From Patescibacteria group bacterium (GTDB lineage: Bacteria; Patescibacteriota; Microgenomatia; UBA8517), in NCBI GenBank assembly GCA_038061225.1, contig JBBTZT010000003.1:184515-248514 (forward strand): DNA of 64,000 nt, written 5' to 3'. Every line of letters begins with the position of its first letter. Position 1 is the stretch's first letter. Below are positions 31,993-42,477 of this stretch, one piece after another. Below the pieces are notes generated by a model. That model was given only the letters and a program-made list of their open reading frames with translations. It had not been told where the DNA came from and did no database searches. Made by a program: the position numbers and the translations under genes.

Positions 31993-33358
31993 AATGAGTA
32001 CACACTCAAATATTCAGATATATATAATCAAAATTTATGAAAAGTTTTTACAAGTATTTGAACCAAGTTTTTTTAAGTTTTTAGTAACTGCGTTATTAAT
32101 TGCGATACCTCTTTATCCCAAATTTCCTGCAATTAGAATACCTGGAATTTATGTTGCCATACGATTGGAAGATTTTTTGATTTTATTTACGTTATTAATA
32201 TTTTTGATTCCCATGTTAATTAATTTTAAGATCTTTTTAAAAGAAAAAGTTCCAAGAGCTATTATTTTATTTTTGCTAATTGGTTTTATATCAACAATTT
32301 CTGGGATATTAATAACCCAAATTGTAGTTCCTTCAATTGCCTTTTTACATTTTTTCAGAAGAGTTGAATACCTTTCGCTATTTTTTGCAGGGTTTCTTTT
32401 TATTAGACAAACGAAAGACAATTCTTTTTTTGAATACTTGCTTAAAATATTATTGATAATTAATTTATTTGTTTTTTTATATGGGTTTGGACAAAAATAT
32501 TTTAATCTTCCAATAATTATTACTCAAAATGAAGAATATTCTAAAGGTGTTGCATTAAGTTATACAGCTGGAGCTCATATCAATTCAAGTTTTGCAGGAC
32601 ATTACGATCTAGCTTCATATTTAGTGTTGATAATGCCAATCTTTATATCAGCGTTTTATTTACTAAAAGATAAAATATCAAAAATTATATTAGCGATATC
32701 TACATTACTTGGATTCTGGTTACTGTCCGCTGCGGTTTCCAGGATTTCAATTGTAGCTTTTTTAATATCTACGACTATTTCACTCTTTCTTCTAAAAAAA
32801 TATAAAGCAATTGTAACTGTTTTAGTAATAAGCGTGATTATCTTTGGGTTTTCATCAGACTTAAGAGTTAGATATGGGAGAATAATAGAAGTAGTAAGAC
32901 AAAAGATTACATCTGTTGTTATTGTATATGCACAGGAAGATGGTAATGTAAATGAAGATAGATCAACCTCAATTAGATTTAATGTAGAATGGCCAAGAGC
33001 GATGAGAGCATTTTACAAAAACCCTCTCTTGGGAACAGGATACTCATCAATTACACTTGCGACTGATAATGATTATTTAAGGGCTTTAGGTGAAACTGGT
33101 GTCTTAGGACTCCTATCTTTTTTACTTATTTTTATCACATTGTTTAAAACATTTAATATATATAAATTTGATGTTTATGAACATTCATCTAATAATCTTG
33201 AGTCTGTATTTATTGCAAGTTTTGTTGGTTCAACTGTTGGAATTTTAATGACAGCTCTTTTTATTGATATCTTTGAAGCATCAAAATTTGCCACAATTTA
33301 TTGGTTGTTTACTGGATTTGTTGTAGCTAAAATTATACAAAATAATAAATTGACATGA
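31979..33358 (+). CDS. O-antigen ligase/polymerase (Wzy_C)-like membrane protein
   Basis: About 12 TMs; 'SR', 'R...W..A...F..NPLLGTGY', 'DNDYL..L.ETG..GL'. Confidence 0.8.
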   Translation: MQKNEMSTHSNIQIYIIKIYEKFLQVFEPSFFKFLVTALLIAIPLYPKFPAIRIPGIYVAIRLEDFLILFTLLIFLIPMLINFKIFLKEKVPRAIILFLLIGFISTISGILITQIVVPSIAFLHFFRRVEYLSLFFAGFLFIRQTKDNSFFEYLLKILLIINLFVFLYGFGQKYFNLPIIITQNEEYSKGVALSYTAGAHINSSFAGHYDLASYLVLIMPIFISAFYLLKDKISKIILAISTLLGFWLLSAAVSRISIVAFLISTTISLFLLKKYKAIVTVLVISVIIFGFSSDLRVRYGRIIEVVRQKITSVVIVYAQEDGNVNEDRSTSIRFNVEWPRAMRAFYKNPLLGTGYSSITLATDNDYLRALGETGVLGLLSFLLIFITLFKTFNIYKFDVYEHSSNNLESVFIASFVGSTVGILMTALFIDIFEASKFATIYWLFTGFVVAKIIQNNKLT

Positions 33359-34752
33359 ATATATTAATTACTCGCATGAAAACAATCGTGAAAAATGAGT
33401 ACTTTGTACTTTCAATACTACTAATATTTGGCTTTATTGTTAGATTATATAGAATTGATAACCCAATTGCTGATTGGCATTCTTGGCGTCAAGCTGATAC
33501 TTCTGCTGTATCCCGTAACTATGTTAAGGATGGTATAAATATTTTTTACCCTCAATACGATGATATTAGTAGTATTCAGACGGGAATAAATAACCCAACA
33601 GGAATAAGAATGGTAGAGTTTCCTTTTTATAATATTATGCATGCCTCTTTATTTAAAAGTTTTCCTATTTTCAGTCTTGAAAAGTGGGGAAGACTTCTTA
33701 CTATTTTTATTTCTCTTCTAACCTCTATTTTTCTTTTTTTACTAGGGAAAAAACATTATTCATCAAAAATTGGTTTACTAACCGCCTTTTTCTTTTTATT
33801 TTTACCCTTTAATATATATTTTAGTAGAGTAATTTTACCTGACCCATTAGGAGTGTTGTTTGCAATTTCTGGATTGTATTTTTTTGGAATGACTAATTTT
33901 ATTTCTGCAATTCTTTTTGCATTAGCTTTATTACAAAAACCATATTTTGGAGTTTATTTACTTCCATTAATTCCCGAGCTAATCAAGAAAGAAGAGTTCA
34001 AAAAAAATATAATATTTTTCTTTATAACCACACTTCCTTTTGTTTTGTGGAGATATTGGACAACACTGCATCCTGAAGGTGTCCCCTTTTATAAATGGGC
34101 ATTTAATGGAGATAAGATAAGATTTCATCCTGCTTGGTTTAGATGGTTATTTGGTGAAAGAATTGGAATTTTAATTTTGGGCACTTGGGGACTTATTCCT
34201 TTTTCGTATGGAATTGTTAGAAAATTAAAAAATAACTTTAATTTGCTCTTAGCTCTTTCAATGCTTATTTATCTTGTAGTTGTAGCAACTGCAAATGTTA
34301 GACATGATTATTATCAAATACTAATTATTCCATCAATTGCTATGACTTTAGCGATTGGTACGTCATACATGTGGAGACATATGAAGATAATACTAATGCT
34401 AAGTTTAATTACAATGTTTTTAATAAGTTGGGATAAGATTAAACCTTTTTATCAAATTAATCATCCAGAGCTTATGGTTGTTGGAAAAATAGTTGATGAA
34501 ACTTTACCAAAAGATGCCAAAATCATAATTCCATATAATGGTGATACTGCCTTTTTATATCAAACAAAAAGAAAAGGTTGGCCTGCAGTAGATGATTCGA
34601 TTGATAACATAATAAAAAGAGGTGCCGATTATTATGTATCAATTGATCTAGGAAGTGCTGATAGTGTCAACTTTTCTAAAAGATTTGAAACTATTGCAAA
34701 GACTAATCAATATATAATTCTTGATCTACACAAGGAGATATTGAAAAAATGA
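33355..34752 (+). CDS. GT39/ArnT-like (GT-C) membrane glycosyltransferase
   Basis: 'HSWRQADT', 'EFP.Y', 'HDYYQ', multiple TMs. Confidence 0.75.
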   Translation: MNILITRMKTIVKNEYFVLSILLIFGFIVRLYRIDNPIADWHSWRQADTSAVSRNYVKDGINIFYPQYDDISSIQTGINNPTGIRMVEFPFYNIMHASLFKSFPIFSLEKWGRLLTIFISLLTSIFLFLLGKKHYSSKIGLLTAFFFLFLPFNIYFSRVILPDPLGVLFAISGLYFFGMTNFISAILFALALLQKPYFGVYLLPLIPELIKKEEFKKNIIFFFITTLPFVLWRYWTTLHPEGVPFYKWAFNGDKIRFHPAWFRWLFGERIGILILGTWGLIPFSYGIVRKLKNNFNLLLALSMLIYLVVVATANVRHDYYQILIIPSIAMTLAIGTSYMWRHMKIILMLSLITMFLISWDKIKPFYQINHPELMVVGKIVDETLPKDAKIIIPYNGDTAFLYQTKRKGWPAVDDSIDNIIKRGADYYVSIDLGSADSVNFSKRFETIAKTNQYIILDLHKEILKK

Positions 34753-35948
34753 AAATTTTGATGCTTACGCCATATTTGCCGTTTCCTGATTCGTCGGGGG
34801 GACAAATTCGGTCGTATAACCTGATTAAACATTTGAGTAAAAAACATGAAATTACTTTATTTTCTTTAATTAAGGACGATTCAGAAAAAAGATTTGTCTC
34901 AGAACTTGAAAAATATTGTAAAAAAGTAGAAGTTTTTAAAAGATCAAAATCTCCTTGGACTTTAAGAAATATATTATTAACTGGTTTTGGCCCCTACCCC
35001 TTTTTAGTTATAAGAAATTTATCTTCAATAGAGAGATTGGCTGTGGCTAGTGAAATTAATAAAAATAATTATGATCTGATTCACGCAGAAACATTTTATG
35101 TAATGCCCCACATTCCCAAAACTGATATACCAATACTTTTAGTAGAACAAACAATTGAATATCTTGTATATAAACATTATGTTCAGAATTTGAAAAACAT
35201 TTTTCAGCGATGGCTATTTTCAGTTGATGTAGCAAAGTTAAAATTTTGGGAAACTAGTTTTTGGAAAAAAGCAGATACTGTGGTGGCAGTCTCAGAAGCT
35301 GACAAAGTTGAAATGGTTAAATTAGCTTCGAAATTGGCTGTACAACTTGTTCCAAACGGTGTTAACTTAAATTTTTTCAAAATAAGAAAAAATTGGAATA
35401 TAGATCAACCCAAAATATTATTTGTAGCTAATTTTAAGTGGTTGCAGAATGCAGAAGCAGCTGAATTATTATTAAATAAAGTTTATCCATTAATTCATCA
35501 AAAAAATCCTAATGCAAAAGTATTGATAGTTGGACAATATATTCCTGAAAATATCTTAAGTAAAAATTCAGATAATATTATTATTAGAAATTTAAAAGAG
35601 GATGATCAGAATGGAATACGAGATGCATACTATGAGTCTTCAGTGTTTGTGTCCCCACTTCGAGGCCCTGGAGGTACACGACTTAAACACTTTGCCGCAA
35701 TGGCGTCGAAATTGCCATTGATTACGACATCTGTTGGGGCTGAAGGACTTGGTGTTATTGATGGGCTAAATGTCGTAATTCGAAATTCGCCTGAAGAAAT
35801 TGCGCAAGCAACATTAAAAATTCTTTCAGATTTTAATTTGGCAAAAAAAATAGCGGATAATGCTAGAAAATTGGTTGAGGAAAAATATAGTTGGAAAATG
35901 ATGAGCGAATACTTAGATAAAATCTATGAAAAAACATCTAAAAAATAA
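34749..35948 (+). CDS. GT4 glycosyltransferase
   Basis: 'PFPDSSGGQIR', 'GGTRLK..AMA..LP'. Confidence 0.88.
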   Translation: MKILMLTPYLPFPDSSGGQIRSYNLIKHLSKKHEITLFSLIKDDSEKRFVSELEKYCKKVEVFKRSKSPWTLRNILLTGFGPYPFLVIRNLSSIERLAVASEINKNNYDLIHAETFYVMPHIPKTDIPILLVEQTIEYLVYKHYVQNLKNIFQRWLFSVDVAKLKFWETSFWKKADTVVAVSEADKVEMVKLASKLAVQLVPNGVNLNFFKIRKNWNIDQPKILFVANFKWLQNAEAAELLLNKVYPLIHQKNPNAKVLIVGQYIPENILSKNSDNIIIRNLKEDDQNGIRDAYYESSVFVSPLRGPGGTRLKHFAAMASKLPLITTSVGAEGLGVIDGLNVVIRNSPEEIAQATLKILSDFNLAKKIADNARKLVEEKYSWKMMSEYLDKIYEKTSKK

Positions 35949-36024
35949 CATAAAACTTTCTATTATTATAAATGATGGTATTCTTAAAATTGAAACTGTT
36001 TAGATTCTTAGGGACAAAATTACT

Positions 36025-36549
36025 ATGAAAATTATAATTGATGCTAGACTTTATGGCCCGACTGATACAGGAATTGGAAGGTACACACAAAAACTGATTG
36101 AGAATTTGACTAAGATAGATCATAAAAACAACTATGTAATATTGTTGCGAGCAGAATATTATAAATTATTAATTATTCCCAAAAACTGGACTAAAGTTCT
36201 AATTGATATTAAGCATTATACGTTTGAAGAACAATTTAAGCTTCCTTTTTTATTGTATAAATTAAAACCAGATGTTGTTCATTTTCCACATTTTAATATT
36301 CCGCTTTTTTACTTTGGACAATATATTGTAACAATACATGATCTTATTATGCACAAATTTAAAGGTGGAGAAGCAACAACAAGACCATTCCCAATTAGAA
36401 AAATATGGAGGCTAGGATATTATTTAGCATTTGCAAAAGCTGTTTATGGTTCTAAAAAAATAATTGTTCCAAGTAATGCAGTAAAAGATGAAATTGTTAA
36501 ATTTTATAAGATTAACCCAAAGAAAGTTGAGGTGACCTATGAAGGGTGA
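36025..36549 (+). CDS. GT4 glycosyltransferase N-terminal domain (split gene, part 1)
   Basis: 'IDAR..G...TGIGRY', TIHDL; ends at VTYEG. Confidence 0.8.
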   Translation: MKIIIDARLYGPTDTGIGRYTQKLIENLTKIDHKNNYVILLRAEYYKLLIIPKNWTKVLIDIKHYTFEEQFKLPFLLYKLKPDVVHFPHFNIPLFYFGQYIVTIHDLIMHKFKGGEATTRPFPIRKIWRLGYYLAFAKAVYGSKKIIVPSNAVKDEIVKFYKINPKKVEVTYEG

Positions 36550-37075
36550 TTATTTTATGTATACAGGAAATGCTTATCCACACAAGAATTTGTCTAGATT
36601 AATTGTGGCAATGGTTATATTGAACGAGAAAAAAACAATTAAACTTAAAATTTCATCAAGTCGAAGTGTTTTTACTGACAGGTTACAAAAGATAATAACT
36701 GAAAATAATGCACAAAAATATGTTGAATTATTAGGATATGTACCAGATGATAAAATTAAAACTTTATATAAAAATTCAATTGCCTTTGTTTTTCCAACAC
36801 TCGCCGAAGGTTTTGGCCTTCCTCCAATGGAAGCAATAAATAGCGGGACACTTGCTGTAGTTTCTAATATTCCAGTTTTAAAAGAAGTATATGAAGATAG
36901 TGTTTTATATTTTGATACAATGGATACAAATTCAATAGTTAAAGCCTTACAAAACGTTTTAAAAATTTCAAATGAAGATAGAGACAAAATGATAAAAAAG
37001 TCACAAAAGTTTCTTAAAAAATACTCATGGCAAAAAATGGCAAAAGAAACTTTAAATATATATGAATCAGTTTAA
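36539..37075 (+). CDS. GT4 glycosyltransferase C-terminal domain (split gene, part 2)
   Basis: 'YTGNAYPHKN', 'EGFGLPPMEA'; GAGGTG just upstream of the ATG. Confidence 0.8.
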   Translation: MKGDYFMYTGNAYPHKNLSRLIVAMVILNEKKTIKLKISSSRSVFTDRLQKIITENNAQKYVELLGYVPDDKIKTLYKNSIAFVFPTLAEGFGLPPMEAINSGTLAVVSNIPVLKEVYEDSVLYFDTMDTNSIVKALQNVLKISNEDRDKMIKKSQKFLKKYSWQKMAKETLNIYESV

Positions 37076-38240
37076 TGATTTAAATATTGCACTTGTTTAC
37101 GATAGAGTTAATAAATTTGGTGGGGCAGAGAGAGTGCTTTTAACTTTACATGAAATGTTTCCCAATGCGCCACTTTATACTTCTGTCTATGATTCTAAAA
37201 AAGCTCCATGGGCTAATGTATTTCCTAAAATTTACACTTCATTTTTACAAAAAATTCCAATTCTTAAAAATCATCATGAATTAATGGGTTGGTTAATGCC
37301 AATTGCTTTTGAAAGTTTTAATTTCAAAAAATATGACCTCGTTATTTCTGTTACGTCAGAAGCTGCAAAGGGAATTATTACATGTACAAACACCTTACAT
37401 ATTTGTTATATGTTAACTCCAACACGATATCTTTGGAGTGGAAAAGAATTTTATCTAAATAATCCACCAAAAATATTTAAAATTTTTCCTTTTTACAAAA
37501 TAGTTTCTTGGCCATTTTTAACTTATGCCAAGTGGTGGGATAAAGTAGCGAGTACTAGACCTGACAAAATTATCGCAATATCAACTGAAGTCCAAAGAAG
37601 AATCAAAAAATATTATAATCGCGATTCAGAAATTATCTTTCCACCTATTATTTTGCATCGCAAAAACTCTTTCCTTCGTGGGCTCCGTTCACAGAATGGA
37701 GCAGCCAGTCATTCGTTTTTGCTGGATGCAAATTATTATTTGTACGTTGGAAGATTAGTAAAATATAAAAAAATTGACTTATTAGTTGAAGTATTTAATG
37801 AATTAAATTTACCACTAGTTATAGTAGGTACTGGTTCTGAAGAGAGAATGTTAAAATTAAAAGCTAAAAATAATATTAAATTTTTAGGAAATATTAACGA
37901 TGAGGAATTAGCAAAGGTCTATTCAAAAGCAAAAGCATTTTTGATGCCACAAGAGGAAGATTTTGGAATTACATCACTAGAAGCTCAAAATTTTGGAGTT
38001 CCCATAATTGCCTATAGAAAAGGTGGAGCACTTGATACGGTAGTTGAAAACAAGACTGGAGTCTTTTTTGACGATCAAAATAAAGAGAGTTTAAAGCAGG
38101 CGATTGCAAAATTTGATAAAATAGTCTTTAATCATAAGTACCTAATCAATAATGTTAAAAATTTTTCAAAAGAAAATTTCAAGAGAAGATTACAAAGATC
38201 ACTTGTACGCGCTTATAGTAGTGGGTGGTGGTGGAACTAG
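37062..38240 (+). CDS. GT4 glycosyltransferase (WbaZ-like)
   Basis: GGAERVL, 'TPTRYLW', 'EEDFGI..LEA'. Confidence 0.9.
   Translation: MNQFNDLNIALVYDRVNKFGGAERVLLTLHEMFPNAPLYTSVYDSKKAPWANVFPKIYTSFLQKIPILKNHHELMGWLMPIAFESFNFKKYDLVISVTSEAAKGIITCTNTLHICYMLTPTRYLWSGKEFYLNNPPKIFKIFPFYKIVSWPFLTYAKWWDKVASTRPDKIIAISTEVQRRIKKYYNRDSEIIFPPIILHRKNSFLRGLRSQNGAASHSFLLDANYYLYVGRLVKYKKIDLLVEVFNELNLPLVIVGTGSEERMLKLKAKNNIKFLGNINDEELAKVYSKAKAFLMPQEEDFGITSLEAQNFGVPIIAYRKGGALDTVVENKTGVFFDDQNKESLKQAIAKFDKIVFNHKYLINNVKNFSKENFKRRLQRSLVRAYSSGWWWN
37652..37732. repeat. 81-bp intragenic element with imperfect terminal inverted repeats
   Basis: TTTGCATC-GCAAAAAC ... GTTTTTGC-TG-GATGCAAA; internal hairpin GCTCCGTTC-ACA-GAATGGAGC. 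Confidence 0.7.
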
Positions 38241-39294
38241 ATTATGGCCAGTATCTAAAACTACTTCCCCAAAGCAATTCTTAAAACTTTTTGATAATAA
38301 AACTTTAACTCAAATAACTTCATATAGATTTAACAAAATTCTTTCTTGGGATCATATATATGCAGTTACAACTTCTGATGAATATAAAAAGGAAATAATT
38401 AAGGAAGTCCCTGAATTTATACATAAAAATATAATTGTGGAGCCTATCAAGCGAAATACCGCAGCAGCACATGCACTTGGAGCCACATATATATTAAAGC
38501 AAGATCAAAAGGCAGTTATTTTAAATGAGGCAGCCGATCACCTTGTAGATCCGCAACGAGAATATCTCAAAAATTTATTATCCGCAGCTGAGGCAGTGTT
38601 TGAAAGAGACCTTCTCCTAGCCGTTGGTATTAAGCCAACATATCCAAATGTAGGATATGGATACATAAAAATAGGAGACAAGCTTTCGGAGATTAGCGAA
38701 AAACATATATTTAAGTTGGATGCTTTTACTGAAAAACCAAAACTTGAAGTAGCCAAAAAATATCTTGCTACCGGAAAATATTTCTGGAATGCGAATCAAT
38801 ATGTTTGGGGAGCACAAAGTTTCTTAAATGCTCTCGCAAAACATGCTCCTGAAATATCAAAAGGAATTAGTGAAATTTCTGAATCAATTGGTACAATGAA
38901 TGAGAAAGAAATAATATCTAAAGTTTATAAAAATCTGCCAGATGTTTCTGTTGATTATGCTGTAAGCGAAAAAGCAAAGAACTTCATAATGATAGTTGCC
39001 GATTATGGATGGACAGATATTGGTGATTGGAAAGAAGTTTGGGAAAATAGTCCAAAGGATCATGGAGGTAATGTAGTAATTTCAGACAAAGAAAGTGGCG
39101 GTGAAGTTATTAATATCGATACAACTGATGCATTAATTCATACAGATGGAAGACTGATTGCCGCGATTGATGTCGATAATTTAATCATTGTTGATACAAA
39201 AAATGTATTACTTGTTTGTTCAAAAAGCCATGCTCAATCAGTAAAAAAGATAGTAGAATTGTTAAAAAAACAAGGTAGAAAAGAACTTCTTTAA
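38152..39294 (+). CDS. manC: Mannose-1-phosphate guanylyltransferase
   Basis: GGGGTRLWP.S...PKQF, 'EP..RNTA', 'FTEKP', 'SVDYAV.EK', 'W.DIGDW'. Confidence 0.9.
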   Translation: MLKIFQKKISREDYKDHLYALIVVGGGGTRLWPVSKTTSPKQFLKLFDNKTLTQITSYRFNKILSWDHIYAVTTSDEYKKEIIKEVPEFIHKNIIVEPIKRNTAAAHALGATYILKQDQKAVILNEAADHLVDPQREYLKNLLSAAEAVFERDLLLAVGIKPTYPNVGYGYIKIGDKLSEISEKHIFKLDAFTEKPKLEVAKKYLATGKYFWNANQYVWGAQSFLNALAKHAPEISKGISEISESIGTMNEKEIISKVYKNLPDVSVDYAVSEKAKNFIMIVADYGWTDIGDWKEVWENSPKDHGGNVVISDKESGGEVINIDTTDALIHTDGRLIAAIDVDNLIIVDTKNVLLVCSKSHAQSVKKIVELLKKQGRKELL

Positions 39295-39299
39295 AAAAT

Positions 39300-39950
39300 A
39301 TGCTATTTGGAATTATAAAAAGAATAATAGATATCACTGCCTCAATAATATTACTTATTTTATTTTCTCCAATAATGCTTGTAACTGCTATTGCTATAAA
39401 AATAAAATCCCCCGGGCCGGTATTGGTTGAAAAAAATAATTCACATATGAAACGCATGGGAAAAAATGGAAAAATTTTTAGACTTTATAAATTTCGATCG
39501 ATGCTTGTTAACTCGGATAATTTAATAGTAAAAGATCCAAAATATAAAAAACTGTATAAAGAATGGAAAAATACAAATTATAAATTAATTAAGGATCCAC
39601 GAGTAACAAGACTCGGTAAATTTATAAGAAAATATTCAATTGATGAAATGCCACAACTTCTTAATGTTTTAAAAGGTGAAATGAGTTTGGTTGGTCCTAG
39701 ACCTTATCATTCGGATGAATTAGAAGAACAACAAAAAAAATATCCTGAGACAGATAAATTTGTCAAAGAAATGCATAAAGTAAAACCTGGAATAACTGGA
39801 TATTGGCAAGTTGAAGGAAGAAGTGATGTAAATTTTGACAAAAGAATTGAAATGGATGCTTATTATGCAAGAAAAAAATCTTTATTTTTTGATTTGTTGA
39901 TAATAGCAAAAACTCCATGGGCTATGATTAGTGGAAAAGGTGCTGTATAA
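39300..39950 (+). CDS. Polyprenyl-phosphate glycosylphosphotransferase (initiating sugar transferase)
   Basis: KRIID, KFRSM, DPRVT, 'SIDEMPQL.NVLKGEMSLVGPRP', KPGITG. Confidence 0.93.
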   Translation: MLFGIIKRIIDITASIILLILFSPIMLVTAIAIKIKSPGPVLVEKNNSHMKRMGKNGKIFRLYKFRSMLVNSDNLIVKDPKYKKLYKEWKNTNYKLIKDPRVTRLGKFIRKYSIDEMPQLLNVLKGEMSLVGPRPYHSDELEEQQKKYPETDKFVKEMHKVKPGITGYWQVEGRSDVNFDKRIEMDAYYARKKSLFFDLLIIAKTPWAMISGKGAV

Positions 39951-39961
39951 TTTTTAAAAAC

Positions 39962-41908
39962 ATGGAAAATGAACCTGCCATCTTAATTCCGAAAATTGAT
40001 CCAGTCAAAAACGATATTGATTTAGATCAAAAACAAAAAGTAATAATTAAAACAAAATATATAATTATTTCCTCTGTAGTTTTATTTATTATATTAATTT
40101 TTTCTATACCTGTAATACTATTTGCAAATAAAGCTAAAAAAGTATATTTAGACCTTACACCTATTTTTTCAGCCTCAGAATTTACTGATATTGAAAAGAT
40201 AAAATCAGATTTTAATATTACTAAAAATTCAATCGCGGAACTCAAAAAATCATATAAATTAATTTCATGGATGAAAATTGTTCCTTTTGCAGGAACTTAT
40301 GTCAGTGATTTGGGACATGGTCTTAACGCCTCAACAAAAGTTTTAGAAGCTGGCGAAACAACTTTTGTAACACTTGATCCATTTCTTTCAGAGCTTGGTT
40401 TCAAGAAAAATGATGGTACGGAAAGTGCAGAGAAATCAGCTCAAGAGAGAATTGATTTTGTTGTTAATGCTATACCTGAAATACTTCCTAAGGCTGATGA
40501 AATCACAAAAAAATTTGAGGAAGCTGAAATAGAACTCTTACAGATTGATCCAAACAAATATCCTGAAAATTTTAAAGGAATAAACATCAGGGAAAAATTA
40601 AGGAAAGTCTTACTTTTATTTGAACAAGTTTCTTCGTATGTTTCAGAGAGTAAACCGCTTCTTGAAAGTACACCTTATCTGTTGGGAATGGAATCTGACA
40701 GAAATTATTTAGTCTTGTTTCAAAACGACAAAGAACTAAGACCAACTGGAGGTTTTTTAACAGCTTACTCAGTGATGAAAGTTTCAAAGGCAAAATTTGA
40801 ACCAGTTTCATCAGATGATATATATAATTTAGATGCTAAATATAAGCCTTCCTTTCCCGCACCTGACGCGATAGTCGATCTTATTAAAGGTCCGTATGTT
40901 TTATCTCAAAATATTAGGTTAAGAGATGTTAACTATAGCCCTGATTACAAAATAGCCATGGATTTGTTTTCCACTGAGGCAGAAAAAGTTGGAATGAAAG
41001 GAATTGACGGAATTATAGCAGTTGATACTGGTTTACTAGTTAATCTTTTAGATGCTCTTGGTGAGATTGGGGTTCCTGGATTTGGAAATTATTCAACTAA
41101 AATAGAACCAAAATGCAATTGTCCTCAGGTTATATATGAACTTGAAAGTTTTGCAGACATTGAAGGACCAATTATTTGGGATCCACTAACAGGTAAAATT
41201 ATTTTAAGACCTGCAAATTCTGACAATAGAAAGAAAATAATCGGACCCTTGATGAATTCAATACTAGCCAATGCTTTTGCCCAACCAAAAGAAAAAATAC
41301 CAACACTTCTAGATTCAATTTTTAAGTCAGTAGTAGAAAAACATGTTCTTTTCTATCTTTTTGATGACAAAGCACAAATGGCTGTTGAAGGTTTTGGTAT
41401 TGCTGGAAGAATTGAGACGTATGCCGGTGATTATCTTCATATTAACGATTCAAATTTGGGTGGTAGAAAATCAAATTTATATCTAAAACAAGAAGTTGAA
41501 CAAGAAATATCAGTAACTAAAGATGGAATGATTGAAAAAAGTTTAACTATTACTTATCAAAATCCAGAAAAATATGATGGTTGGCTCAACTCTGTTCTTC
41601 CAAACTGGGTCAGAGTTTATGTACCAGAGGGATCAAAATTAATAGCAGTAGAAGGTCTTGAAAAACAATATGATACAACTACAGAACTTAATAAAACAGT
41701 TTTTTCAGGTTATTTTAAATTAAGACCAGAGGGGGTTTCAAAAGTAACTTTTAAATATTTACTACCATTTAAAAGAGCTAGTGGCGATTATCGAATGCTT
41801 ATTCAAAAACAACCTGGAACCAATGCTCCACTTTATACTGTTAGAAGTAGTAAAACAGAAGAAGAATTTCTGTTAAATAGCGATAAAGAATTAAGAATTA
41901 AAATATGA
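39962..41908 (+). CDS. DUF4012 family membrane-anchored protein
   Basis: 'YLVLFQN..ELRPTGGF', 'N.SPD', 'DGIIAVD'. Confidence 0.85.
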   Translation: MENEPAILIPKIDPVKNDIDLDQKQKVIIKTKYIIISSVVLFIILIFSIPVILFANKAKKVYLDLTPIFSASEFTDIEKIKSDFNITKNSIAELKKSYKLISWMKIVPFAGTYVSDLGHGLNASTKVLEAGETTFVTLDPFLSELGFKKNDGTESAEKSAQERIDFVVNAIPEILPKADEITKKFEEAEIELLQIDPNKYPENFKGINIREKLRKVLLLFEQVSSYVSESKPLLESTPYLLGMESDRNYLVLFQNDKELRPTGGFLTAYSVMKVSKAKFEPVSSDDIYNLDAKYKPSFPAPDAIVDLIKGPYVLSQNIRLRDVNYSPDYKIAMDLFSTEAEKVGMKGIDGIIAVDTGLLVNLLDALGEIGVPGFGNYSTKIEPKCNCPQVIYELESFADIEGPIIWDPLTGKIILRPANSDNRKKIIGPLMNSILANAFAQPKEKIPTLLDSIFKSVVEKHVLFYLFDDKAQMAVEGFGIAGRIETYAGDYLHINDSNLGGRKSNLYLKQEVEQEISVTKDGMIEKSLTITYQNPEKYDGWLNSVLPNWVRVYVPEGSKLIAVEGLEKQYDTTTELNKTVFSGYFKLRPEGVSKVTFKYLLPFKRASGDYRMLIQKQPGTNAPLYTVRSSKTEEEFLLNSDKELRIKI

Positions 41909-42450
41909 AATTCCGAACATATTCCTCAGAGGGGATAATTTTATCCAGAAAAAATTATAGTGAGGTAGATAGAATATTAGTTGTATTATCAAAACATTTT
42001 GGTAAAGTAAGTTTGCTTGCAAAAGGAATTAGAAAAATAAAATCTAAAAAAAGGGGTCATTTGGAGATTTTTTCTAAAATAAAATTCTCAGCTGCTAAGA
42101 GTCATGGAATGGATATCGTTACAGAGGTCGATACATTAAATGACTTTGCCAAGGTTCGTACTAATTTGAATAAAATTTCACTTGCTTATTATTTTTGTGA
42201 AGTTGTAAACAAAATAACTCATGAAGATGGACATGCATCTACAGTTTATGACCTGTTGTCAACAGTTTTAGAGCAACTAAAGCAAGAAACAGAACTCAAA
42301 AAACTAAGACTTAAATTTATATACGATTTACTTACAAATATGGGTTATTGGCCTGTTGCTAAAAAATTAGTTGAAGCGGATATTGTATTAGATGATGTAA
42401 TAGAAAAAAAAATTAACTCTATTAGGGTTGGGAAAAAAGTATTAGAATGA
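41905..42450 (+). CDS. recO: DNA repair protein RecO (short form)
   Basis: 'EGIIL...YSE.DRIL...GKVSLLAKG.RK.KS'. Confidence 0.88.
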   Translation: MKFRTYSSEGIILSRKNYSEVDRILVVLSKHFGKVSLLAKGIRKIKSKKRGHLEIFSKIKFSAAKSHGMDIVTEVDTLNDFAKVRTNLNKISLAYYFCEVVNKITHEDGHASTVYDLLSTVLEQLKQETELKKLRLKFIYDLLTNMGYWPVAKKLVEADIVLDDVIEKKINSIRVGKKVLE

Positions 42451-42477
42451 GATACAGCACTAAAGTGCTATAAAAAA

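Noticed and set aside
38152-38240. 89-nt overlap between the GT4 gene and manC
   Set aside because: Probably a GT4 stop-codon loss running into manC (tail SSGWWWN is the alternate frame of VGGGGT); no further signal.
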